A stretch of 64,000 bases of DNA from Nitrospirota bacterium (GTDB taxonomy: Bacteria > Nitrospirota > UBA9217). Below the pieces are notes generated by a model. It did no database searches. It was not told the origin of the DNA and saw only the letters and a program-made list of their open reading frames with translations. Position numbers and translations under genes: made by a program. The stretch covers positions 95,428 through 159,427 of the forward strand of contig CAVUHW010000030.1 in the NCBI GenBank assembly GCA_963741205.1. The letters are read 5' to 3'. Within the stretch, counting starts at the first letter, position 1. Every line of letters starts with the position of its first letter. Positions 1 to 9,800 of this stretch are shown here, piece by piece.

Positions 1-403
1 TGCGCCAAAATTAAACACGGGGACCTTGAACGTATCGACTTTGAAGTCCAACGGATATTACTTCAACGTCCATACTGCCGCATTTCCGAACGGCGAGATA
101 CGGGGACAGATCCACGTAGATCCGGCAGCTACGGGAACAGTTACGATTACGACGCCCCTGTCTGGATCGGAGGAAGTGCCGCCTACGATGTCGGCAGGCA
201 CGGGTTCCGGAATGCTGACTGTGGACCTTGCAACGGGAACGGCCACGAACATATCGGTGACCTTTTCAGGACTGTCGGGAACGGCAACTCTGGCGCATAT
301 TCATGAAGCACCTGCCGGAGCAAACGGACCAATCGTCATACCCATCAGCCTCGGCAGCAGCCCAGCTCCGCCGGTAGCACCTACTACCATGCCAACCTAT
401 TAA
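1..403 (+). CDS. CHRD (chordin) domain protein, 5' end outside window
   Basis: CHRD motifs YFNVHTAAFPNGEIRGQI, LSGSEEVPP, AHIHEAPAGANGPIV. Confidence 0.85.
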   Translation, partial: APKLNTGTLNVSTLKSNGYYFNVHTAAFPNGEIRGQIHVDPAATGTVTITTPLSGSEEVPPTMSAGTGSGMLTVDLATGTATNISVTFSGLSGTATLAHIHEAPAGANGPIVIPISLGSSPAPPVAPTTMPTY

Positions 404-408
404 GCCTG

Positions 409-450
409 GAGCCGGCGTCCCTTCGCGTGCGAAAAGACGTCGGCTTTTTG
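409..450 (+). terminator. Intrinsic terminator after CHRD gene
   Basis: AGCCGGCGTC...GACGTCGGCT stem followed by T-run. Confidence 0.7.
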
Positions 451-577
451 GAAGTCCACGGATCAGAATGGAGCCTTAGTCAAAAAGCATCATGTCTCCA
501 TTTTTTTCTGAGAGACTACCCACCCGTAGCGATGAATTTGAGGTTATGTGAAGAACCAGCCACTGTAATGTGCTTAT

Positions 578-855
578 TTAAATACTTCTCTCGTATTCGC
601 AGAAAAGTCGCCGCCGGGCCTTCTCCATCGGGTGCCAATCCATTTTCTAACAACAGGGAGGACAAGACTTTTCTGGCCGATAGGTCAGGGTTATTGGATG
701 GTGGTGATCCCTTTATTGATTTCTGGTACTCGTTGGAAGACAGGGGTGCCGAAGGATCGGCAAGTGGCGGAGATGGAGCGTAAATTGGCTCCCAAACCGG
801 AGTGGATTAGGATGCTGTCATATGTTCACTTCTCTCTTTGCTTTTACCCTAAACT
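578..855 (-). pseudogene. Decayed 3' extension (Pro/Ser linker plus second zinc ribbon) of the 856..1686 gene
   Basis: Minus strand reads KSCPPCC*KMDWHPMEKARRRLFCEYERSI*, resembling KKCPMCGGRMDFYAKDDMWRCYSCAYEE of the upstream ORF; several in-frame stops. Confidence 0.5.
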
Positions 856-1686
856 TCATCCTTTTTTTTCTTCTTCGTATGCACAGGAATAGCACCTCCA
901 CATATCATCCTTAGCGTAGAAGTCCATTCGACCTCCGCACATAGGGCATTTTTTCTGCCATTTCGCATCCTGCGGTGGAGAAGACTCAAGAATTTCGCTT
1001 TTCTGCTCGCCGCCTCTCACTTCCTCACTTCTAATAGAACTTTCACGAGAATCACTCGGCATGATTGGTTGAGAGGCCGCACTGTGACCGGTTGGTTGAG
1101 CGGCCGCGCCTTCAGCAGTAAATTCATCCATTCTTTTTTTGATTGAGGTTATCTCCGCTCCGATATCCGTGAAAAGCTCCCCCACTGCCTTCTCGACCTG
1201 TTCCATTTCCTTTTTCCGTGATGCCATACTATTGAGGATCCCTTGTTCCTCGCTCTCAAGCCGCCCTATGTTTTCACGCAGCTTCACTATCTCGTCTCTT
1301 ATCTCCCGCGATTTGGCTTCCATAACCTTAAGCTCGTCGCGCAAGCCGGGGAGGGCAGGCATTAAGCCCTTCTCGAGTATTTTAAGTTCTTCAAGCTGAT
1401 TGTTGACGGCCTTAACGATCTCTTGCCGGCTTAGCTTCGAAGTCGTCGACAAGGCTTTGATAGCGGCATTATAACGCTGTTTCTCCTCAGGAATGATTTC
1501 CTCAAACGATTCAACGAGTTCACGGAATTTTCCGAATATTGTATCCTCACTTGCAATTATTTTTTTTATTTCATCGCGGAGAAGATGAATTTTGGATGAC
1601 AGCTCTTCGCTTCCCTTCAATTTTGTAAAGAGATCGGCAGTCATCCGGGAAAGGCTTTCGCTCCTGTTTTTCTCCTCAATGCTCAT
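856..1686 (-). CDS. Coiled-coil protein with C-terminal zinc ribbon
   Basis: E/K-rich heptad region, then CPMC-x(13)-CYSC; SD AAGGAGG upstream. Confidence 0.75.
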   Translation of the reverse strand: MSIEEKNRSESLSRMTADLFTKLKGSEELSSKIHLLRDEIKKIIASEDTIFGKFRELVESFEEIIPEEKQRYNAAIKALSTTSKLSRQEIVKAVNNQLEELKILEKGLMPALPGLRDELKVMEAKSREIRDEIVKLRENIGRLESEEQGILNSMASRKKEMEQVEKAVGELFTDIGAEITSIKKRMDEFTAEGAAAQPTGHSAASQPIMPSDSRESSIRSEEVRGGEQKSEILESSPPQDAKWQKKCPMCGGRMDFYAKDDMWRCYSCAYEEEKKG

Positions 1687-1885
1687 TCATTTCCTCCTTG
1701 TTACTAAGCCTAGCTTATTTCGTCTGCTTTTCTCCGCATGACAATACACTGTGATTACAGTACAATTCTAGGCTCTTTCGCTGATTGTGTCAAATACTAT
1801 GCACACTTGTAATCTAATGAACGGCGTAGCAAGGGGATATCGGAAGGCCAATGCCGGCGCAGGGTGCCCGTTTAGAACAATCGCA

Positions 1886-2776
1886 TCACCGGCCGAGATC
1901 AGCTGAAGACTCAATTACTTTTACAAATGACTTCACAAGGGTAGATGAATTATCACTGCGCCAGCCAACTGCGAGTTTTACAACAGGAGGCGATCCTGAC
2001 AAGGGTATATACCGCACACCCGGCCGTTTGATATTTTTTATAAAATCCGGAAGGAGACAGACGCCCAATCCGGAAGCTACGAGACCTAAGACTGTTTGTA
2101 CCTGACCTGCCTCCTGCGTTATCCTGGGGCTGAACCCGGCAGAATGACACATGCTGATAAAGGCATCGAGAACAACCGGCTCGGATGATCGAGTATTCGC
2201 AATGAAAGACTCCTGTGCCAACTCCCTGATATAAAGTGATTTGCGGCTCGAGAGAGGATGTTTTTCGGGCAGTACCGCCATTAAAGGCGCCAGCGTAAGC
2301 GGTTGATATGCAAGCAGGGAATCCGCAGCAACCGGATAGAGGAATCCAACGTCAATGCGCCTGGCGTGAAGTGATTTTATCTGTTCCGCTGTATTCAGTT
2401 CCTGCAAGACAAGTTCTACCCCCGGGAAGCGTTCCCGGAATAATCGTAGTCCACCAGGCAAAAAAGTATGGATCACCGACCCCACAAACCCTACCATGAG
2501 ACGTCCGGTCTGTCCCTGGTAAATCCTTCTTGCGGTTTTAGCGGCCTGTTCTACATGTAAAAGGAGCTGCCGGGCTTCCTTCAAGAAGTAAATACCGGCA
2601 TCCGTCATTTGAATGGCTCGCTTGGTTCTATCAAAAAGCTTTAGCCCAAGTTCATTTTCCAGATTCATGATTTGTTGACTCAACGGCGGTTGAGCGATAT
2701 GAAGCCTTTTGGCAGCCCTTCCAAAATGCATTTCCTCAGCCACTGCAACAAAATATTTTAGATGTCTTAGTTCCAT
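1886..2776 (-). CDS. LysR-family transcriptional regulator (AlsR/HcaR-like)
   Basis: MELRHLKYFVAVAEEMHFGRAAKRLHIAQPPLSQQI HTH plus LysR substrate-binding domain. Confidence 0.95.
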   Translation of the reverse strand: MELRHLKYFVAVAEEMHFGRAAKRLHIAQPPLSQQIMNLENELGLKLFDRTKRAIQMTDAGIYFLKEARQLLLHVEQAAKTARRIYQGQTGRLMVGFVGSVIHTFLPGGLRLFRERFPGVELVLQELNTAEQIKSLHARRIDVGFLYPVAADSLLAYQPLTLAPLMAVLPEKHPLSSRKSLYIRELAQESFIANTRSSEPVVLDAFISMCHSAGFSPRITQEAGQVQTVLGLVASGLGVCLLPDFIKNIKRPGVRYIPLSGSPPVVKLAVGWRSDNSSTLVKSFVKVIESSADLGR

Positions 2777-2811
2777 ATTTAAATAGTATTGTTATGATAC
2801 TATCAATATAT
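2775..2811. promoter_or_regulatory. Two tandem LysR-type T-N11-A boxes
   Basis: ATA-TTTAAATAG-TAT (2775-2789) and ATA-CTATCAATA-TAT (2797-2811) in the divergent intergenic region. Confidence 0.6.
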
Positions 2812-2880
2812 TGGACGTATGTCAACTCAATGAGTAAACTATTGATCAGAGACAAATTCCGTTCCATGAAAGGAGGCAAT

Positions 2881-3066
2881 ATGAAGATCATGGTTAGTAA
2901 AAAAACGGTTGAAGCTGCAAAATATTTTAAAGAGGAAGTACTCGAAATTATGCCCAATATCTCCCTGGAGGAGCTCTCCGATATGGTAGGTCAGTACATC
3001 TATTATCAGCAAGCGGGTGTCAGCAAGGACCTGGCACATGCGGTAGTTGAGGAAACCTGCATGTAG
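2881..3066 (+). CDS. 61-aa hypothetical microprotein divergent from LysR
   Basis: Strong SD AAAGGAGG before ATG 2881; MKIMVSKKTVEAAKYFKEEVLE...EETCM. Confidence 0.7.
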   Translation: MKIMVSKKTVEAAKYFKEEVLEIMPNISLEELSDMVGQYIYYQQAGVSKDLAHAVVEETCM

Positions 3067-3168
3067 TAAGAAATCGCCCAGACGACCTCGGCCGATGCTG
3101 CGCCAGGGCGGGGATGGTGCAGAGCGTATAGGTAAAGAAGACAGTATCCGTGGTTAATATTTCCCGCA

Positions 3169-3225
3169 AACTAGAGCCTGCGGCTACCACGTGTAATACC
3201 AGGTAGCCGCACCCCTCAGGATGTA
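3169..3225. repeat. GTAG-type REP-like inverted doublet
   Basis: GCGGCTACC...GGTAGCCGC inverted pair between convergent genes; related remnant near 51770-51820. Confidence 0.5.
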
Positions 3226-3277
3226 TTCTTTGGCTTCTTCGTAATCTTCGTGTGAAAACCCTTCTATTGTAATTTTT

Positions 3278-5509
3278 TCAGATTCTATTCTTACTGAACG
3301 CATCCTTCAGCCCGTCCAGGTCCGCCTGCGGCTTTTCTTTCTTCAGCACTCCAAGCTTTTTCTCAGTGAGCTTCTCCGGGTTCTTCTTGAGTGAAAGCGA
3401 TATCCTCTTCCTGGCCACATCCGCTTCCAGAACCGTGACCATCACCTTCTGATGGACCTTCACAGCCTCGTTCGGGTCCTTGATGTACTTGTCAGAAAGC
3501 TGGCTGATGTGCGCCAGACCGTCCTGGTGCACGCCGATGTCGATGAACGCGCCGAAAGCGGTAATGTTCGTCACCACACCGGGAAGCTTCATGCCCGGCT
3601 TCACATCCTCTATCTTCTTCACCCCTTCGGCAAAGCTGAACGCTTCGAACTTGTCCCGGGGGTCGCGGCCTGGCTTGGCCAGCTCTGCCATAATATCCTT
3701 GAGCGTGGGTAGGCCTGTCGTCTCGGTCACATACGTATTGAGATCGATCTTCTTCCGCAGCTCTTCCTTAAGCATCAGTTCCCGGACGGAACAGTTCAGG
3801 TCCTTTGCCATTTGATCGACAACGTGATAGCTTTCCGGATGGACCGAGCTTGTATCGAGCGGATTCTCGGCATTATGGATGCGCAGGAATCCCGCTGCCT
3901 GCTCGAAGGTCTTCGGCCCGAGTTTGGGCACCTTTTTCAATTCCTGCCGGCTGCGGAAGGGCCCGTTTGCGTTCCTGTATGAGACGATGTTGCCGGCCAG
4001 CTGCGGCCCCAGCCCTGAAACATAGGTCAGCAGTTGCTTGCTCGACGTGTTCACCTCGACGCCAACGGCATTCACACAACGCACCACCGTGTCGTCCAAG
4101 CCCTGCTTGAGCGCGTTCTGGTCCACGTCATGCTGATATTGGCCCACGCCGATGGCCTTGGGGTCTATCTTGACCAACTCTGCAAGGGGGTCCATCAGAC
4201 GCCTGCCGATGCATACAGCCCCGCGAACCGTTATATCATGGTCGGGGAATTCCTCGCGGGCGACTTCTGACGCGGAGTAGACCGAAGCGCCGCTCTCGCT
4301 CACCATCACGATCTGGATTGTGGAAGGCAGTCCCAGCTGCCGCACAAAGGACTCCGTCTCCCGTCCGGCTGTCCCGTTTCCGATGGCAATCGCCTCGATG
4401 TCGTATTTCCGGCACAGATCGATGATCTTCGTACCGGCCTCTCCTGTATTCTTTTCCGAGAAATGCGGATAGACGGTGTCGTTCGCAAGCAGTTTTCCCT
4501 GCCTGTCCACGCATACCACTTTGCACCCGGTCCGGAAACCGGGGTCAATAGCAAGCACGTTCTTCTGGCCCAGGGGCGGAGAGAGCAGCAGCTGCCGGAG
4601 GTTCTCGACGAATACGCGGATCGCCTCTCCGTCAGCGCGCAGCTTGGTCGCGACCCGCATCTCGGTCTCCATGGACAGGGAAAGCAGTCGCTTGTAACTG
4701 TCGTGGACGGCCAGTTTCATCTGAGCCGAAGCAGGATTACCAGGTTTCAAGAACAGTGCTTCAAGGAGCGCCAGGGCCTCTTCCTCGGGCGGATTAACCC
4801 GCAGGCTCAGGAACCCTTCCTTCTCTCCCCTCCTCATGGCAAGGATGCGGTGTGAAGGCGCTGCTGCAACCGGTTCATGCCAGTCGAAGTAGTCCCTGTA
4901 CTTGCTCCCCTCTTCCTCTTTACCGGTGATGACCTTTGTCCGGAACATCCCCTTCGCAGTATACAGTTCGCGCATCCTTGCCCGGGCGTTCTGGTCTTCG
5001 TTCACCCACTCGGCAATGATGTCCCGGGCGCCTGCCAGAGCATCTTCCGGGGTCTTGACGGCCTTGTCCGCATCCACGAATGCGGCTGCAGCTGCGGCAA
5101 GATCGAGCCCCTGTTCCTGGGAGAATATGTTCTGCGCGAGCGGTTCCAGTCCCTTCTCCCTGGCAACGGTTCCTTTGGTCCTACGCTTGGGCCGATACGG
5201 CAGGTAGATGTCCTCGAGCGCGGTCATGGTCTCGGCTGCAAGCACCTTGGTTTTGAGCTCTTCCGTCAGCTTTCCAGTCTCTTCCAGCGAGTTCAGGATC
5301 GCCTCTTTACGTTTGTCCAGCTCCCTAAGCATGGCCAGCCGTTCTCGGATGGCCGTAACCGCCACTTCGTCGAGCGAGCCCGTAGCCTCTTTCCGGTAGC
5401 GGGAGATGAAGGGCACGGTCGCGCCTTCATCGAGCAGGGTTGCGCACGCAAAAACCTGCCTTTCGGAGATTGACAGTTCCTGGGCGATTTTTAGGTTATG
5501 AGATATCAT
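3278..5509 (-). CDS. tex: Tex/YhgF RNA-binding transcription accessory protein
   Basis: GATVPFISRYRKEATGSLDE, AIDPGFRTGCK, HhH and C-terminal S1 (FGAFIDIGVHQDGLAHIS). Confidence 0.95.
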   Translation of the reverse strand: MISHNLKIAQELSISERQVFACATLLDEGATVPFISRYRKEATGSLDEVAVTAIRERLAMLRELDKRKEAILNSLEETGKLTEELKTKVLAAETMTALEDIYLPYRPKRRTKGTVAREKGLEPLAQNIFSQEQGLDLAAAAAAFVDADKAVKTPEDALAGARDIIAEWVNEDQNARARMRELYTAKGMFRTKVITGKEEEGSKYRDYFDWHEPVAAAPSHRILAMRRGEKEGFLSLRVNPPEEEALALLEALFLKPGNPASAQMKLAVHDSYKRLLSLSMETEMRVATKLRADGEAIRVFVENLRQLLLSPPLGQKNVLAIDPGFRTGCKVVCVDRQGKLLANDTVYPHFSEKNTGEAGTKIIDLCRKYDIEAIAIGNGTAGRETESFVRQLGLPSTIQIVMVSESGASVYSASEVAREEFPDHDITVRGAVCIGRRLMDPLAELVKIDPKAIGVGQYQHDVDQNALKQGLDDTVVRCVNAVGVEVNTSSKQLLTYVSGLGPQLAGNIVSYRNANGPFRSRQELKKVPKLGPKTFEQAAGFLRIHNAENPLDTSSVHPESYHVVDQMAKDLNCSVRELMLKEELRKKIDLNTYVTETTGLPTLKDIMAELAKPGRDPRDKFEAFSFAEGVKKIEDVKPGMKLPGVVTNITAFGAFIDIGVHQDGLAHISQLSDKYIKDPNEAVKVHQKVMVTVLEADVARKRISLSLKKNPEKLTEKKLGVLKKEKPQADLDGLKDAFSKNRI

Positions 5510-5793
5510 GAGAATCCTTAAGGTCTTTTTTGCCGGGAAGCCCGTGAAGGGTACGAGGTTTTGTTTTCTACCATCAACGGCGGGGCATATTAACAAAAGG
5601 AAGGGAAAATGTAAAGTACAAGAAGGTCCACAGCGAGGTGAACCGGCATGAGTTCGAGTTCATCTGGTCACATGCGCGTGAGAATAAGTCAAAAGCCGCT
5701 TAGATTCCGGGAACTTGCCACGTATCCCCCTGCGCTGTGCTATACTCCCTGTATATTTGTTATAACGGAATAGGTAAAAAAGGGGGTCTCATC

Positions 5794-6072
5794 ATGGTTA
5801 CTGCGATTGTCCTCTTGACCATCACAAAAAATAGAATTAATGAGGCAGCTGATGAAATAGCGGCAATAAAGGAGATTTCAGAAGTTTACTCAATAACCGG
5901 ACTACACGATTTAGCTGCTATTGTAAGAGCGCCCGACAACGACACCCTTGCTACCGTGATTACAACCCAGGTTCTCAAGATAGAGGGGGTAATGAAATCC
6001 GAAACCATGTTTGCCTTTAGAACATATTCCCGACACGACCTTGAGGGAATGTTCAGCGTGGGAATGCAGTAA
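5794..6072 (+). CDS. Lrp/AsnC ligand-binding-domain protein
   Basis: EVYSITGLHDLAAIVR...KIEGVMKSETMFAF; stand-alone RAM domain. Confidence 0.85.
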   Translation: MVTAIVLLTITKNRINEAADEIAAIKEISEVYSITGLHDLAAIVRAPDNDTLATVITTQVLKIEGVMKSETMFAFRTYSRHDLEGMFSVGMQ

Positions 6073-6176
6073 TGCTCCCTTTCGCCCCGTCCTTCATCAG
6101 CCCACAGCTGTTATAATCCGCACGAGCAGGCTCTGTCGTCAAAAGGTCATGGAAGGCAAGAACGAAAGGATGCCCT

Positions 6177-6365
6177 ATGTTGGAAGCAAAGGATTTTGCC
6201 ACCGGATGCCTGACGATAATCCTCTGTGCAGTTTTAATCCCGCTCTTTTTTCTGGTCTTTAAGCTGACTCTATTTTTTGCAATCTTTTTTGCGATACTGA
6301 CAGGGATTATCTTAGGGATAACTATTTTGGGAAGGATTGTGAGACTCTTTATATCGGGGAAATGA
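6177..6365 (+). CDS. Small membrane protein
   Basis: 62 aa, almost entirely hydrophobic; AAGGA upstream. Confidence 0.55.
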   Translation: MLEAKDFATGCLTIILCAVLIPLFFLVFKLTLFFAIFFAILTGIILGITILGRIVRLFISGK

Positions 6366-6433
6366 CGTTCTGCCTCCGTGGAATGCCCGCCTGCTGGAAT
6401 ACACGCCTCGCCGTATCCGACTTTAAACTGCCT

Positions 6434-7948
6434 TTATCCTGCCCCTTCTGCCGTCCCCGGAAAAAGGAGCGTCTGGTCCTTTCGGAGCTGGGGGAAGCTC
6501 TCTTCCGGCATAGTGAAAACGTTCTTGAAAACCCTGTTCATCACGGAGACGAGCTGGCGGAATTTGTATGCGTCATGGTGCGAGTCCCCGGTCTGTTCCG
6601 AGGCGCGCCAGCTCTCCACATCGGATATGCGCAGCTCCACGCCCAGCGTATGCTGCTCGGTCTTCTTGCTTACCTGGTTTCTCCCGGCATAGAGCGGCGT
6701 ACCGGGGATCATGATCTCGTTCGTATCCGCGGCCCGGTGGATCGGCAGGGAAAAGGCGATCTTGCACTGGAACTTTCTATGTCCCCGGGAGGTATAGAGG
6801 TTCTTTTCCGCGTTCATGCCCAACGCTTCATAGAACTGCCTCGCATGCGCGAGCAAACTTCCCTCTTCGGGCATTTCATTGACTCCCCCGCTTTTGGCCA
6901 GGCTGATCATCAGTCTCCTGACCGCTTCCTTCATGCTCTCCGGACGGTCGAAGAGCGTCTGGGTCACGGAGTGCGAGGCAGTGTTTTCCTGGAGGATCAC
7001 CCCCCGTTTCTGAAGCGCGTGAAAAAGTTTCAGCGTGTCATCCATGCTCTTCAGTATGAAGGTGATCGCGAGGATGTCCCTGATATCGAATGCCTCACCT
7101 TCCACGTCCTTCCCAAGCTTGGTGACCATGCTTTCCGGGCTCTTTAACCGGGCCCTGATCTCGGCAATATCGACATTGACGCCGTCCCCGCTGTTGAAGA
7201 CCAGGCAGCCCTTCGATTGATCGTAGGCCAGCGACTCCCTCAGCCGGTGAAAAAACAGGGAGATCTTGACGAAGGCCCTCTGGGCGGGTTCGGTCCGGGG
7301 AATATGGGCCGGGTGTTCCCAATCGTAATGGTAGAGATCATCGAGGCTCTGGCCTTGGGACTCCAGAAAGAAGCCCAGTTGGGCATAATCATTGATGTCC
7401 TGGCTGTCCTCCTCGACCGACTTGATCAGATGGCACATCTTGAGCAGGGAGCAGGCCGCCTGCTGCCATGACGCCGGCACGTCCAGGGAACTCCCCTGGT
7501 AGCCCGAGAAAACATACGGATATTTCCTAGAGGAGGCGAGAAGAAAGAGGTGGCGGGGATCTTCGTCCGCGATGCGCCGGAAATCCGGGTTCTGCAGGAC
7601 CGCTGCCGTTTCTCCGACCGCCCTCAGGCAGTCACGGTAAAGACCTGCGTTCGAAGACCGCAAGGCGGCCAGCCCTTCCAGCTGTTTCGTCACAAAGGGA
7701 AAGAGCCAGGCGAACAGGTAGGTGTACGCGCGCTTGATGTAGTGTGCCGCTCTTTCACGCTCGCTGTCCGAAAGCTCGTCGCCGCCAAGCGTGTCAAAAC
7801 CGCGGTTTGCCATCATCCGTGTGGCCTGTTTCAGGGATGTTGCATAATCCCGCGCGGGCAGCAGGAGAAACGGCGTCATCTCGGTTCTCTCAAGGATGGA
7901 ACCGAAGATCTCATGATGAAGTTCCTGATCAGTCGACGTATCATCCAT
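6434..7948 (-). CDS. Divergent RelA/SpoT-like nucleotidyltransferase-domain protein
   Basis: RLKSPESMVTK, DIRDILAIT, GHRKFQ, VELRISD, GDSHHDAYK match the order of RSH synthetase motifs; SD GGAG before ATG 7948. Confidence 0.65.
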   Translation of the reverse strand: MDDTSTDQELHHEIFGSILERTEMTPFLLLPARDYATSLKQATRMMANRGFDTLGGDELSDSERERAAHYIKRAYTYLFAWLFPFVTKQLEGLAALRSSNAGLYRDCLRAVGETAAVLQNPDFRRIADEDPRHLFLLASSRKYPYVFSGYQGSSLDVPASWQQAACSLLKMCHLIKSVEEDSQDINDYAQLGFFLESQGQSLDDLYHYDWEHPAHIPRTEPAQRAFVKISLFFHRLRESLAYDQSKGCLVFNSGDGVNVDIAEIRARLKSPESMVTKLGKDVEGEAFDIRDILAITFILKSMDDTLKLFHALQKRGVILQENTASHSVTQTLFDRPESMKEAVRRLMISLAKSGGVNEMPEEGSLLAHARQFYEALGMNAEKNLYTSRGHRKFQCKIAFSLPIHRAADTNEIMIPGTPLYAGRNQVSKKTEQHTLGVELRISDVESWRASEQTGDSHHDAYKFRQLVSVMNRVFKNVFTMPEESFPQLRKDQTLLFPGTAEGAG

Positions 7949-8079
7949 GTGCCACGCTCCGGGTAACGAGTCTCTGTTCTTTTCCGTTTTTTGCAACCGC
8001 TTTCACCCGGACAAAACGAGCATTCAGGGGCGGTATAATCCGGCTCCGGTGTTCGTCCGGACGGCGGGGCCCGTCCATG

Positions 8080-8109
8080 AAAAAAGCCCTCACGGTAACC
8101 CGTGAGGGC
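8080..8109 (-). terminator. Intrinsic terminator of cytochrome operon
   Basis: GCCCTCACG-ggttac-CGTGAGGGC followed by TTTTTT on minus strand. Confidence 0.85.
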
Positions 8110-8130
8110 CTGCTGCCGGATAATGACATC

Positions 8131-8453
8131 TTACTTCTTGTGGCACTTTGCACAATTGGCTGGGTCCTTCACGGAAAAAGCCTTGGTGCCGTTATGGCAT
8201 GCGCCGCAGTTCTTGCCGGCTTCCATGTCCTTCATGGTGAGGACATCGCCGCCCTTCTTCATCTTGAAGAGGCCGGATGATGGCAATCTGCGCACTTGAT
8301 GCCTTTGTCGGCGTGCATCTTGCCGTCAAAAACGACCTTGCCGGCGCCTTTGCCGTCGAACTCGACTGTCTTGCCTGCCGGAACTGCGAAAGCAGTCATC
8401 GACAAGGCGAGCGTTACGACAACTACGAGGGCCAATACGAAAAATTTCTTCAT
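8131..8453 (-). CDS. Periplasmic c7-type triheme cytochrome c (one indel)
   Basis: Signal peptide, VVFDGKMH, CADCH; frameshifted continuation MEAGKNCGACHNGTKAF...NCAKCHKK*; SD AGGAGGTG. Confidence 0.9.
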
Positions 8454-8537
8454 TGTAGGTTTCACCTCCTTCCGGGTTGGAATAAATAAATCAGCGCACG
8501 AAATCGCGCCGGATGAAAAACACCGGCTGTTCCCTGC

Positions 8538-9514
8538 TTAGATGAATGCCTTCGGGCTGCGGTACTCGTGACAGGCGACGCAGTCCTTCTTCGCCGACGC
8601 CTCGGTCACTCTCCAGAGATGCGGTTTATGGCAGTCCTTGCACTGCATGTCCATGGCGAGATGGAGTTTGTGCTTGCCGATCTTCGGCACGCCGTTATGG
8701 CACCGCATGCAGTCCTCGCTCTTGGGCTTCACCTTGCCCGGGGTGTGCGGCTTGTGGCATTCATAGCAGTAGAACTGCATGGGAGATTTTTCATCGAAGG
8801 AGATCTTGATCGCCTTCTTGATCGTCGCCGGATCCGGCGCGAAGAACCGCACATCCATCGTGGCGTCTTCCTTGAGCTGACTTCTTTATGCTCTCATCCG
8901 TGCTGTGGCAGTACAGGCACTTCAACCGCCCGGGCCTGAGGTCCTTGGTCCGGTCGGTATGGCAGTTGATGCAGGCCAGTCCGCCCATGCCCTCGCCGTG
9001 CACCTGCTTTCCCTTGTGGCACTTGGTGCAGAACTTTTCCGTGGGAAGGAAGTGGTGCAGACCGCTCTTGTCCGCCTTCACCTCTCCGTGGCACTCGGTG
9101 CATTCGATCTGCTCCATGTACACGTGCTTGGCGTGGAACAGCGACTTGTTGATCCGCTTGGCCTTTCCTTCCGTATGGCACTGTGTTGCACGTTTTCGAG
9201 CTCACAATGACCTGCCCTTTGTGCCGCTCGGGAACCTGCGGTCGGTCGATGCAGCACAAAGCTGATAAGAGCTGGTTCTGTTCCGGAATCGTCAGGTGAT
9301 GACAATCATGGCAGTTGAGCGTCTTGTGTTCGCTCTGGGACCAGCTGTCATAGGCCGGCTGCATGAGATGGCAGCCAACGCAGAATTTGGGATTGTTCTG
9401 GGTAAAATCGTAGAACTTGTAGGCGACGTAGCTGCCGCCGCTCACGATGATGAGGATGAGCGCCGTAATGAGCAGCTTGGCCTTCAGGGAAATGGGCTCT
9501 TTCAGCCGTTCCAT
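8538..9514 (-). CDS. Membrane-anchored NapC/NirT-like multiheme cytochrome c, ~11 CxxCH (several indels)
   Basis: N-terminal TM helix, NPKFCVGCH, CHDCH, CNxCH (indel), CTECH, CTKCH, CINCH, CLYCH, CYECH, CMRCH, CKDCH, CVACH. Confidence 0.85.
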
Positions 9515-9618
9515 GAGCCTGTGCCAACTTTTCTCTAAACCAACTAATCAACTTCGCGTACCCTCCTGCACAAACCGGCAAATAAAACAACCGAGATTCT
9601 TTAGTCACTAAGCCCACA

Positions 9619-9648
9619 CTTATATCACAGGTGATGGGGCTGTGTCAA
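9619..9648 (-). promoter_or_regulatory. Sigma70-like promoter for multiheme cytochrome
   Basis: TTGACA-18-TATAAG with TG extension; palindrome ATCAC-CT-GTGAT overlapping the spacer and -10. Confidence 0.55.
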
Positions 9649-9800
9649 TAGTATATTGCACGGCGAATTCGACCCGTGAAAAAGGTACCAGCGCAACCAC
9701 GAAGCAGCTTGCTGCACGTTGCGGCATGACCGAAATAGGGCGGGACCCGATATCCGGTCCCGCCCTGAAGAATAACCGAACTTGCCTCGAACAAGGCGCC

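Noticed and set aside
3169-3225. c-di-GMP riboswitch near GCAAA
   Set aside because: Lacks the GNRA/receptor two-stem architecture; better explained as a REP doublet between convergent genes.
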